64,000 nt of DNA. It comes from Camelus ferus. Lineage: Eukaryota. Location of the stretch: contig NC_045696.1 of the NCBI RefSeq assembly GCF_009834535.1, forward strand, positions 61,754,001-61,818,000. Direction: 5' to 3'. The notes under the pieces were generated by a model. The model worked only from the letters and a program-made list of their open reading frames with translations, had not been told where the DNA came from and ran no database searches. The position numbers and the translations under genes were made by a program. This document shows, piece by piece, positions 52,541-64,000 of the stretch (positions are counted from its first letter, which is position 1; the number at the start of each line of letters is the position of its first letter).

Positions 52541-54679
52541 TTTTCTTTTCCTAAACTTTAATTCTTCCTTTAGATCAGAATAGCTTAAAAAGTAAATGCA
52601 ATAGGTTTTCAGAGAACATTCTAGTATTTTTAAAGATAAATGTTTTTTAAACATGTCATGGCACCATTTTGAATGTATTACAAAGCTCCAAATTGGAAAG
52701 ATTTTCAGAAATTTATGAGTAATAAGCATGAGCCTTCCCTCTTTTAATCAGGTTCAGAAAGTTTATTCAAAATGTTCTGGCTTTCAGACCCAGGACAATA
52801 CTTCTGATCTGTTGGAATACCTTCAGTAACTTGGCCTGAAACTGTTAATGCTTACTTAACTGAAGTAGTAAGAATCTTACTAGAATTTCTGTGTTAAATG
52901 CACTAAATATCTTTGAAAGTGCAATACTTTAAGGCATTACTTTATTATATGCATTTAATTTGAATACTGGATATCCTGACATGAAGAACAGCTGAATTAT
53001 ATAGAGTTCACCATGAAAAAACAAAATTTGACATTTATAGCCTGGGGTGCAGTCTGTAGACAATGACTGCTTAAAGTATATTTGTTACACTATAAAACTG
53101 TTCAGTGCTATTCTAACATTTATATTTCTTTGAACTAAAGCAAATGCTCAAAACATTTGCCTAAGAAAAGTTCAGAAATTCCTGGACAATTGATTTGAAA
53201 AGCACTATTTGTAGGAGATTAATACATGCTTTACTACTACTTTGATATTTGTGGCTTTTTTTAGACTAGGGAATTATTTTTTATGCAAATTATTTAACAA
53301 ATTTTATCTTTCAAAAGAGGAGGAGGAGTAGAACAATGAAGGGAAAGGCCTTTTTTAAGCCTAGTTGTTTAAGGTTTTTAACAATGTAATGTACATAGAT
53401 TAAAAATTCAAATAATCTTAAAAGAGTCACAATAAAGGGTGCCAGTCCCCAGCTGTAAACTTCCTCACCACAGAGTTCTGCTCCACAGAGGCATCTGCTT
53501 CTAACTTGGAGCTGTTTTTAGCATGCATTAATCTTCACATTTCTAAATTATGTATGTACACAGGTATTTCTTAACAGTTCAATATTTTACTTTATCTAGA
53601 AACTTCATATTATAACAGTTGAGAATTTGGTTACTGTTAAACCATCCCGTTCTCCCATTTCTACTTCCTCTAGTCTCCCAATTAAGAAAAGTGGCAATGT
53701 TTTATTCCATTAGTGGTCAGTTTTTACCTTACAACTTTCGGGGAGTGTTGTTCACTTGAGTCAAGTAATTTATTATCATTACATGTCACGTCTTATACAA
53801 CTCTTTGCTTTTCCTGTTGTTAACTTTTGTCTTTTTGTTTCGTTTGAAACTTTCTATGTTCCTATCACTGAGTTATTCCAAACTCACCACAAAGGCCCTG
53901 TGAAGACTATTTTCTATAGAATTATTGTCTTAGATTATGACAGTTCCTTCTTCTTTCCTGGAACTTGATTGGGCTACAGTTTGGATTCTTTCTCTCGAGG
54001 CCTTCTGCCACTCTGACACCTGAAACTCAATTTCACTTTCCTTGTGAGTTAGATCCTTTGTTTCTTCCTCATTTTGGAGAAGAACATCTTTCATGAGTGT
54101 CCTGAGAGGGGTGCATTATAGGTAAGATTTTTAAGAACTTACATCTGAAAATGTCTCATTTAATTGATAATGAAGGATTTTAGGTTGGAAATCATTTTCC
54201 TTGAGAATTCTGAAGTCCCCGCTTCGCTGTCTTAAAACTTGCCATTTCTGATAACACCTTTATATGTAACCCATTTTTCTGCCTCTCTAGAGCTTTTGTG
54301 CTGAAAGTTTACCATGAAATGCCTTGGTGAGGATCTCTGTTTAGCTTTTGACAGCCCTTCGTGGTAACAGACTAATTTTCTTCAGTTCTGGTAAATTCTT
54401 ATATTATTTCTGTAATAATTGCCACTTTTCCCCCTGTTATTTATTTCTGGAATTTTAACATTGGTCTTCTGTTTTTCTTATCTTTCTCTCCTGTTTTCTA
54501 TCTCTTTGCCTTTTAACTTTCTAGGAGAATTTCCTCAATTTTATCTCTGGCACTTCTCTGAACATGTATCAACAATCACATTTTTAATTTCCAAAAGGTC
54601 ATTCTTGTTTTCCGATCTCCCTTTTTATAGCCTTCCATTCTTGTTTCGTAAATTCATTCTCTTTCCTAGTGTATTAATT

Positions 54680-54870
54680 GTGAGAGTTTTTTTCTTAGCC
54701 CAATGCCATAACAAAATACCATAGACTGAGTGGTTTAAACAACAGAAGTTTATTTCTCACAGTCACGGAAGGCTTGAAAGTCCAAGATCAAGATGCTGGC
54801 AAAGTAGTTTTCATTCTGAGGACTTTTGGTTTGTAGGGGGCGGCCACCATCTTGGCTTTCACATAAAGAC
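54680..54870. mobile_element. MaLR (MLT1-like) LTR fragment
   Basis: GCCATAACAAAATACCATAGACTGAGTGGTTTAAACAACAGAAGTTTATTTCTCACAGT...GTCCAAGATCAAG. Confidence 0.75.
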
Positions 54871-57645
54871 TTTTTTACAGATGTCTGGTGAATACCTGCA
54901 GATCAGTGCTGTTTCTGTAACACTAGTCTAGCACTGTCTGGCAGTGCACTGAACAAATACTCACGTACATGCTGGTTATTCTCAGTTCTCAGCAGAGCTT
55001 AGTGCTCTCCACCACTCATTCATTTCACTCCTAGATCTCTTTCCTCTCTCTTTTTCTCCAGACTTTCTCATGACTCCCAAGCCCTTTATTCCACCATCTC
55101 AACACTTTCTTGAACCTTACTGCCAGAATTTTCTGGCTTTTAGTCTTTGTCGCCTTTTGGTCCAAGTGAAAGATATTCTTCCCATCAATGGCTAACTTCA
55201 CCAAGGACCCGTTCTCTGTATTTTACCACCTCCTAGGTCTTCTGGCCGCTCTGACATATCCTGACTCTCCTAGACCTTTTGGCTGTCCCTCCACTCTTTC
55301 TAACCCTCAGCAAAACAAGCATACTCACCTATCTTTTTTTTTTTTTTTTAACTATTTCCTTTGACTTTTCTCAGGTAAACTTGTGGAAAGAGGAGACCAA
55401 ACTTCCTGTTTTTCTCTTCATTATCATATTGCGTCTACCCTCAGCATGTCATCGAAACTACCCCTATCAACATCTCCCAATCAGAGTTTCCAGGAGAGCC
55501 TCAAAACATCAAAAAGATGACTTCCCTCGACTATTTACTAGTGTGTTCACTAGTTTGTTTGAGAATTCCTAAGATTCTACTTGTTATCAGACTTCCTTGG
55601 TGTGAAATAGAGGACTTTTATTCCTAACTTTTTTAAAATGCTATGACCAGATATTTATTTTGGGCAAAGGTCTAGAATGTGACGTAGGTGTGGATTTGGT
55701 CAGACTTTAGTCGGTAGGATTCTGTTTTCACCATTGCAGATAAAATATACAAGCAGCTCTTGGCAATTGAGAGGGAAGAGTGGTGAGGATTAATAAAGCA
55801 AATTCTTGAAAATTTCTTAAGAACTTAATTTGTAATGTACGTTATTTGAATAACAGATTTGCCTTCCTGATAATTTTGTTTAGTCTTACAATGTGTTTTC
55901 GTTCGTTAAGTATGTTAATGTGGGCACCCAGAGGAGAAAGTCTTGTCTAAGTATGTGCAGAGTGGCGGAGGAAGGCCACCCCAGCCTTAATTGTAGATTC
56001 TTGGTCAGAAATTAAGAGTTGATGAGTACCTATGTCTTTATAATGAGATTTTTATGGCCTCTATATTTCTGATTAAAACTTATTATCCATGCATTTTAGT
56101 TTTTATTTAGGGAAAAAGGTAAAAATACTGATTTTCCAGAAGACAAAATATGTTCAGTATATGGTGGCGGGATTTCTATAAATTTGTAACTCAAGAAGTT
56201 GATTATTTTGAAAGCAACAATACTCATGTGGATGTCTAATTTCTTGTGTACTTGTTAAAAGGTATCTGTCACATTAACTTTTATCCACAGATCCCAGTTT
56301 GTGTTCTGTAACAGGTGAAAATATCTCACACTGTGCCGCCTTTTTTTTTTTTTAAGCAAACAAAATGGAGTAACAGTGCCACATACATTCCTGTCTTTCA
56401 TTCTTAGATCTGTAGGTATATACAGAGTTGCCATGGATACATTGCCAAAAAATGTTTTTCTCTATTTCTTAATGAATTACTTTGCTTTGACTTCTCCTAT
56501 ATTTAAAAACAGAAATGCACCATTTTCAAAAACTATTTGATCTGGGCCATAAGATTCAGGAATGTCTAACAGTACAATCTGATTCTGATTGCTTTAATAT
56601 ATTGTCATTAAAATCTTTAAGGAGTTTTGTGGTTGAAGCTAGAAGACATCTAAATCACATTCAGTATTCTTTACACTTTAGAATACTTTAAGTTTTGCTG
56701 CTAGTAACTTTGTTGAAGAGCTCTGTTTTTCAATAAATTCTAAAAAAAAAAAAAAAACTTAACCATGTGAGTTTTTACTATAGACATTGCCACTATTTTG
56801 ATCACACTCTTCTTGGTGATATGAGAAGTGTTTAAATGTTTTACCTTTTTTGTTGTTGTTGTTCATCTATAGATCTTTTGGAGTATGTTCCTAAGACCAG
56901 GGCGTCATTGAAAAAATAAGTGTAAGCCATGGGCTGTGACTATATGGACAACTGCTTTCATATGACTTGCACTGTCAGCCTAGCAAATACTTTTCTACTT
57001 CCTTTCATCTATGCATATTTTACTACTAATAGTCTCCACTGTGTGCCCACTATGTCCTGTTTGAGTTTTGTTTTAATGACAAAGCACAGTTGACCATGGT
57101 ATTGACACAAGAAGTCTAAGTACTTGAGTAGTTATTGATGCACATGTTTTCATCACTAAGCACTGTAAAAACAGCTTTATTAAACCTTTTTTTTTTTTTT
57201 GGCTCGGTTTCATCATATAGTCATGTTTGAACTTGTAAGTTTCTTCTGAATAAAAAATAGTGTAAATTTTGCTGGCAGTGAGAGAACCAGTTATGCTTTT
57301 AGTTAGTAACAATATTATTCTAGTAGACCGTGCACTAAAATTTGTTACTGTGAATTGGTTTTTTGTTTATTTGTTCTGTTTTGGGTGATAATAAAAATGC
57401 CTACATTGTAGGGGTTTTTTTTTAGGGTCAGATGAGTTAATTTCACATAAAATGCTTAGAATGGTGCCTAGCACATAGTAAGCATTTGATAAATATGATC
57501 TTCTATCGTTGCTTTTTTAAAAACTATAATCATTGGACAGTGCTTTATGATAATGCAGTAGCAGATGGGGGCCTAATTCACTGAGAATGCTGCACAGAGC
57601 TATTTGCCCTTTTCCCCTACCTCATCTTTTGAAAAATATATGCAT

Positions 57646-57766
57646 GGGGGCAGGGTATAGCTCAAGTGGTAGAGCATAGGCTTAGCATGCATGAGGTCCT
57701 GGGTTCAAACCCCCATACCTCCTCTAAAAATATAAACCTAAATACCTCCTCCCCCTTCCAAAAAAA
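57646..57766 (+). mobile_element. tRNA-Ala-derived SINE
   Basis: Same head; TATGCAT at 57639-57645 and 57768-57774. Confidence 0.9.
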
Positions 57767-58525
57767 GTATGCATAATATAGCTTAAGGAATTATATTGCA
57801 TATATACAAAGTCAGCCCCAAACATCCTTGTTTGGTAACATACTATGAAGTTACATATTTTATTTTATAGTATTGCAATATGAGACACTGTATTATAGTT
57901 TAGAAAGTCATTTTCTTGAAGGGGATTAAATAGGAAAAATATAAACCAATTTCCAAAGTACATTTTTCTATCTATTTTTAATAAGTTTGACTTTTAAGTC
58001 ACAGGTACCCAAGAATGACTGTAAACAAGCAAGACTTATTTAAGTTGCACAAAAGAAGTCCCCTGGTAGTTAGTTTGGGGTTGTCATGGAGTCCAGCGAT
58101 GCCACCAGGAAGCTTTGTCCATATTTTCACTACACCATTCTTAACATGGGGGCCTGTATCCTTATGCTTGTTGCCACATGGATACGAACTGGCTGCTCCA
58201 CCTCCAGCTTCATGTCGGGCAGGAGGGAGAGAGGATGGGCAAAAGGCAACGAGAAGAAAGATGGAAGGAATAGTCCCTTTATCAATAAAGTATAAATTTT
58301 CCCAGAAACCTTCAGCTTCTGTCCCATTGGCCATGACTGTCATTTGATACTTCATAGCTGCAAGAGATTCTAGGGAAGAGTGTTTTTAAAAACCACACAT
58401 TGCTTCCCCAGACGAATAGTTAGTAGTTGTTAGTAGAGAAGGGAGGATGGATGTGGGATACCGCAGTGGACACCATAGCTTGCAGGTGAAAACTGCACAA
58501 TTTCAACTTTTCATAGTTCCTCCCC

Positions 58526-58682
58526 TGTCTTAGTATGTTCAGGCTGCTGTAATGGAATATCATACACCATGTGGCTTATAAACAAAGGGAACATTTTTCA
58601 CAGTGTGGAGGCTAGGAAGTCCAAGATCAAGGCACCAGCAGATTGGATATCTGGTGAGGGCCCATTTCCTGGCTCCACAGAT
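58526..58682. mobile_element. MaLR (MLT1A-like) LTR fragment
   Basis: TGTCTTAGTATGTTCAGGCTGCTGTAA...GGAGGCTAGGAAGTCCAAGATCAAGGCACCAGCAGATT. Confidence 0.75.
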
Positions 58683-59102
58683 ATCACATAACTGATTAAT
58701 TGATACACTCATTTTCAGACAGGAGGAAAAGGGCCAGAGAGGCTTAATTGCTCAATATTACCCAACTAGAATTTCAGCGTTTCCACTACCCATCAATTCA
58801 GAGTTAATTGGAAGCAACTTTCAGCTCTCTAGGTCTCACCTCAGCTGTATAGCTGATTTTGAAGGAATATAATTTACATAGCTTATGAAAACATAAATGC
58901 AATTTTAATGCAATTTAAATATAGTTGCAGTGTTACACATTTAGTAATTGATCAGTGGGAAGGGACCACAAATAGCTGCTACACATTTTTGATGGAGTGA
59001 GTGATGTAGCTTAACTGAGGAAAGGCAGCCGCCCAGAACAGGAGCGGAGATGACCCGCTTGCTGAAAGCAAATGGTCTTTCTCTGCTTGCCTTGCTCCTG
59101 GA

Positions 59103-59121
59103 TATCCTCTAGGGGGCGCTG
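59103..59121 (+). promoter_or_regulatory. Candidate CTCF site
   Basis: TATCCTCTAGGGGGCGCTG fits the CTCF core CCnCnAGRKGGCRS and sits in a locally GC/CpG-richer patch. Confidence 0.6.
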
Positions 59122-59639
59122 CTGCCACTGACAGTCTCAAAGATTCTACTACACGTGAAAAAAAAAATCCAATGCCTCTCACTGCCGTGCTATACTCAAG
59201 TTTACACCACTATCCTGGAAGAATTTGGATGTAACAATTTGACTGTTTAGAAGAAAGGGACCCTCTTGGTTCTTGAGTCAAAATCGGTATCAGCAAAGCC
59301 ACATTCTTGTGGGGAGAAAACTAATCATCTCCAACTCCCCAGTGCTCCAGAAAGCCCATTTCCTGTAATCATATTTATTCTTTAAAAAACATTTAACTAC
59401 ATAAGTAATACAGGAGTACATTATCGTTTTGTAAGTTCCAGCATAAAGGGAAGGCTTCCCAACCCCTACCAAGTACCTTTCCCAAAGGAAATCTTACTGG
59501 TTTCTGTCTTTTCAGACCTTTCTCTATGCATTACCTCTAGATATTTACAGTTATGTAGACCAAGCAGTTCTTGAAGGGTGCAATCAAAGAACATTTGTTT
59601 TTGTTTCTCTCTCTTCTAGTCCATTTTATGAGGCTAGCT

Positions 59640-60545
59640 CTTCCCCATTCCCTAGATGAAATTTACAGCAAAGACCCAGACAGTTTACCACCAAGTTCTA
59701 CAAAACATTCAAGGAGAAATAATTCCGATCCTGCAGGACCTAGTCCAAGATGTAAAAAACACCTCCCAAATTCTATTATGAGGATAGCATAAAAGTGATA
59801 CCAAAATATGTGAAAGGGAAAATTACAAGGCAGTCTCATTCATGAAAAAGCAAAGCTAGTGATGTGTAACAAAGTACATCCTAATCAGGTAGTTATGCAA
59901 GGTTAGTAAAACTTCAAATCAATTTAATACACCATATTAGTATATTAAGTGAACATCTCAATAGATGAAAAAGCACTTAGTAAAATTCAATATCAACTCA
60001 AAAAATCAATCAACTCAATAAAAAATATATTTTAGCAAATTTGTAGTGAACTTCTTTAACCTGAAAGAATATGCATGCAAAAAATCTGCAGCAAGAAATC
60101 ATACTCAGTGGTGGAGCACTGAAGGCATTCTTTAAGGATCAGAATAAGACGAGATTTCACCACTTTGATTTAAATTTGAAGTTGAAGATCCTAGTTAGTG
60201 CACTAAGAAAAAGAAAAGATGTAAGTAAGAATTGGAAAGTAAGATAAGCAACCATCATTGGCAGATAAGGTTGACAATGCCCAAAAGAATATGGGATAAA
60301 TTATTAGGATTAATAAGAAATTTAGCAAGTTTACTGGAGATGAAACCTGTGTGTAAAAGTCAATTGTATTGCTAAACACTCGCAACAAACAGAAAATGTA
60401 ATCTTAAAAATCATCATTTATAATAGATAAAAAACAAAGTACCTAGTAATAAGTAATACCACAAAAAAGTATAAGAATTTTTTAAAGAAAATGTGAAGAT
60501 TCTATTGAAAGATTTAAATTTTTGGATTGGGAACCGCTTTATGGA
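59640..60545 (+). mobile_element. Ancient L1 ORF2 (reverse transcriptase region) remnant
   Basis: Decayed RT-region phrases (ATCTCAATAGATG, CCATCATTGGCAGATAAG). Confidence 0.65.
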
Positions 60546-62393
60546 TAGGATAGTTTGAATTGTGCATGTTGAAAAGAAAATTCAGATTGTGAAACAATTC
60601 CATTTAACCCAGATAAATGAAACATTGGTTCAAAATAAGAAGTATATAGTCCCTTGAATTTTGGTATGAGGAGGCACTCCCTAGAGGCCATGACGTGGCT
60701 TATGTACTAATCTAGCCCCTTTGGGTAGTTTTTGTTTGTATGAGCCATACAGCCAACAGGAGTGTACCACCCACTTGCTATTCCCAGTTCTTTGGGGGAA
60801 CTGGTTTCTACAGAGCTACATCTTCTTGTTGGCTGCTAACCATCCTGCCAGTCAAGAAGCTTCTTTAAATTCTAGAAGCCTCTTCTCACTTGTAATTAAA
60901 GTTTTGTTGTGAAAGTTAAAATTTTATGATGCCCATAAAATGTTTAGCGCCTGGTAAGAGCTCAATAAATAGCTATTTGTTTAATTTTTAAAATCTTCCA
61001 GAGGACAAATTTAGGGCAACCAAATGATAACTGGAAAAATTATGGAAAAAAAGGTTTTCAGTGAGCAATGGATCTAAATATAATTTAACTATAATTCTGA
61101 TATAAATGTCAGAATTATAGTTAAACAGAAAGTATCATTTATACACTTGGGTATTGTAACATGATGACAGAAGTGAGTTTTACAAGTCACTTTTCTTCCA
61201 AATAGGATGTAGTAGACTGCAGCAGGACACTGTTCTTGCCACAACCGCCTAAAAAATGCAGAATAAGTTAAAAACATCATATTTTAAAATATACTAGAGG
61301 GCTGTCAAGTGACTAGAACTTGTCACCTTATTTTAGGTAAACAAAAATTTCAGAGAGAGGGCCCTTTATAGGTGAATTGACAATCACTAGCTGTTTTCTT
61401 TTGTGGAAACATTTGCTGATTCTAGTTATAGGCTGAGGATCGGTGTTAATCTAGGCAGAGGGAATCTACTGGGGCAAAGAAAACCCAGAGGAACTTCTGG
61501 TGGTCATTTGGGAGTACTGGGACAGATTGGAAACCAGGAGAGCCTCAATGCATGGCTGATTTTCCATGTGCGGCATTTGGTTGCTCAAGACCTGCTTGGG
61601 AGGCTTTGGGGATGGACGAAAACTTTTTAAAAGTCATGGTACTTAGGAAACCATGTCCCATGAGAGAAAAATGGCCTCCTCAAACACATGGCTAACCTCT
61701 CCCTGGAAACATTTCTCATATTTTGAAGCTGAATAACTGGAGGCAAAAAAGCAAAACTCAAAGTCTCTAAAGAAACAAACTGAAAGTATTCTAGTCTTTC
61801 AGGGGTGAGGAGAAAAGTTTTCTACCAAAAGCCTGGGCTACCCCTGAGGAACAGGGATGAACCAGAGATGGAATGATTCTAAGTAAGAGAACAACCTTGC
61901 CAAGACCCAGCTCAATTTGATTATGACAATTAGACCCTCACTCTATCAGCCTAATGGAGGGAAAGGGGAACTCTCACTGAAACATATCATGTGGTGGCTC
62001 TACAGTTCTTTTATACACACTGTCTGGCATAGATGAAAACATTACCAAGCATATGAAGAGGCAGGAAAATGTGACTGATAATCAAAAGAGAAAAATGAAC
62101 CATTGAGCCAGACCAACAAATAATCAAACGTTGAAGTTAGCAAGCAAAGACTAAAAAAAAAAAACAAAAACAAAAAAACCCCAAAAACTATGATAAATAA
62201 GATAAAGAAAGTAGAGGGAAAGATAAAATAGATGAAAAGATGGAGACTTTTTATGGAAAACTGGAATCTATAAAAAAAAACATTAAATTCTAAAACTAAA
62301 AATACAGTATTAAAAATTAAGAACACTGCATAGATTTGACAGCAGACTGGACGTCATGAAAGAGAATTAGTAAAGTCAAAAACAGGTCCATAG

Positions 62394-63672
62394 GCACAGC
62401 AAAGGAAACCATAAGCCAAACAAAACAACAACCTACGGAATGGGAGAAAATTTTTGCAAACGATGAAACCAACAAAGGCTTGATCTCCAGAATATATAAG
62501 CAGCTCATATGACTTAATAAGAAAAAAACAAACAACCCAATCCAAAAATGGGCAGAAGACCTAAACAAGCAATTCTCCAAGGAAGACATACAAATGATCA
62601 ATAGGCACATGAAAAAATGCTCAGTATCACTAATTATCAGAGAAATGCAAATCAAAACTACAATGAGGTACAACCTCACACCAGTCAGAATGGCCATCCT
62701 TCAAAAGTCCACAAATGACAAGTGCTGGGGAGGCTGTAGAGAAAAGGAAACTCTCCTACACTGCTGGTGGGAATGCAGTTTGGTGTAGTCACTGTGGAAA
62801 ACAGTACGAAGATTCCTCAAAAGACTAGGAATAGACTTATCATATGACCCAGGAATCCCACTCCCGGGCATATATCAAGAAGGAACCCTACTTCAAAATG
62901 ACATCTGTGCCCCAATGTTCATAGCAGTACTATTTACAATAGCCAAGACATGGAAACAGCTTAAATTTCCATCAACAGATGACTGGATAAAGAAGCTGTG
63001 GTATATTTATACAATGGAATACTACACAGCCATAAAAATGACAGCATAATGCCATTTGCAGCAACATGGATGCTCCTGGAGAATGTCATTCTAAGTGAAG
63101 TAAGCCAGAAAGAGAAAGAAAAATACCGTATGAGATTGCTCATATGTGGAAGAAGAAGAAGAAGAAGAAGAAGAAGAAGAAGAAGAAGAAGAAGAAGAAG
63201 AAGGAGAAGGAGAAGGAGAAGGAGAAGGAGAAGGAGAAGGAGAAGGAGAAGGAGAAGGAGAAGGAGAAGGAGAAGAAGAAGAAGAAGAAGAAGAAGAAGA
63301 AGAAGAAGAAGAAGAAGAAGAAGAAGAAGAAGAAGAAGAAGAAGAAGAAGAAGAAGAAGAAGAAAAATACAAAACAGAAACAGACTCAGAGACATAGAAT
63401 ACAAACTTGTGGTTGCCAAGGGGGAGGGGGGTGGAAAGGGACAGACTGGGAGTTCGAAATTTGTAGATACTGACAGGAATGTGTAGAATAGATAAACAAG
63501 ATTATACTGTATAGCACAGGGTAATATATACAAGATCTTGTAGTAGCTCACAGTGAAAAAAAAAGTGACAATGAATATATGTATGTTCATGTATAACTGA
63601 AAAATTGTGCTCTACACTGGAAATTGACACAACTATTGTAAACTGACTATAACTCAAGAAAAAAATGTTAAA
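62394..63672 (+). mobile_element. 5'-truncated L1 with 16-bp target-site duplication (TSD)
   Basis: ORF2 C-terminal peptides, similar to the 13024 copy; TSD AAAAACAGGTC(C/A)ATAG at 62378-62393 and 63673-63688. Confidence 0.95.
63149..63364 (+). repeat. (GAA)18(GGAGAA)12(GAA)30 microsatellite
   Basis: Counted directly from the sequence; 216 bp, purines only. Confidence 0.98.
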
Positions 63673-63688
63673 AAAAACAGGTCAATAG

Positions 63689-63809
63689 AGGGAGGGTGTA
63701 GTTCAGTGACAGAGTGTGTGCTTAGCATGTACGAGGTCCTCGGTTCAGTCCACAGTACTTCCATTAAAAAAAAATTTAAATAAACCTAATTACCTACCCC
63801 CCCCCAAAA
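63689..63809 (+). mobile_element. tRNA-Ala-derived SINE directly after an L1 TSD
   Basis: Diverged head plus the AAACCTAATTACC tail motif; flanked by AAAAACAG(G/A)TCAATA. Confidence 0.88.
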
Positions 63810-64000
63810 AAAAACAGATCAATAAAAAAACATTCAAACTGAAGCATCAAGAGAGAGAAAAAAAAAAAGATGATACAAAGTGTAAAGCACATAGTGAACA
63901 AGTTCAACTAATCTTACACATGTACTCGGACTCCCAGAGGAACAGAGACAAGACAATGGAGCAAAAATAATACTTGAAGAAACAATGGCTGATTATTTCC

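Larger units (their letters stand above)
61200..64000 (+). mobile_element. Ancient L1 5' UTR/ORF1 remnant interrupted by a younger L1 and a SINE
   Basis: ORF1-like A-rich sequence before 62393 resumes after 63825 (CATTCAAACTGAAGC...GAAGAAACAATGGCTG). Confidence 0.65.

Noticed and set aside
57999..58355. Cluster of four overlapping ORFs
   Set aside because: No recognisable protein similarity; the sequence resembles a decayed MaLR LTR.
62961..63590. Long poly-Leu/Arg/Ser/Glu/Lys ORFs
   Set aside because: Artefacts of the stop-free GAA/GGAGAA microsatellite within an L1.

Overview
AT-rich mammalian genomic DNA, most likely camelid: seven tRNA-Ala(AGC)-derived SINEs resemble the vic-1 family and there is a lineage-type L1 3' end. 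The window holds the complete coding part of PAK2 (p21-activated kinase 2) on the + strand. It has 14 coding exons with GT-AG boundaries from 17264 to 48770, which join to 1575 nt (524 aa plus stop), followed by a ~3.8 kb 3' UTR ending near AATAAA at 52516. The non-coding first exon and promoter lie upstream of the window, so 1-17242 is inferred to be intron 1. Intron 1 carries a decayed SPAG1 processed pseudogene fused directly behind a 5'-truncated L1. The rest is mostly transposon relics (L1, L2, MIR, hAT/Tigger, MaLR/ERVL LTRs); their family names come from recall and their borders are approximate. I see no evidence for a new multi-gene biological system. The notable features are a miniature L1 3' transduction, the L1-SPAG1 fusion, two poly(A)-only insertions next to exons, one target site used twice, a 216-bp GAA/GGAGAA tract inside an L1, candidate CTCF sites, and Ser instead of Gly after the PAK2 caspase site.
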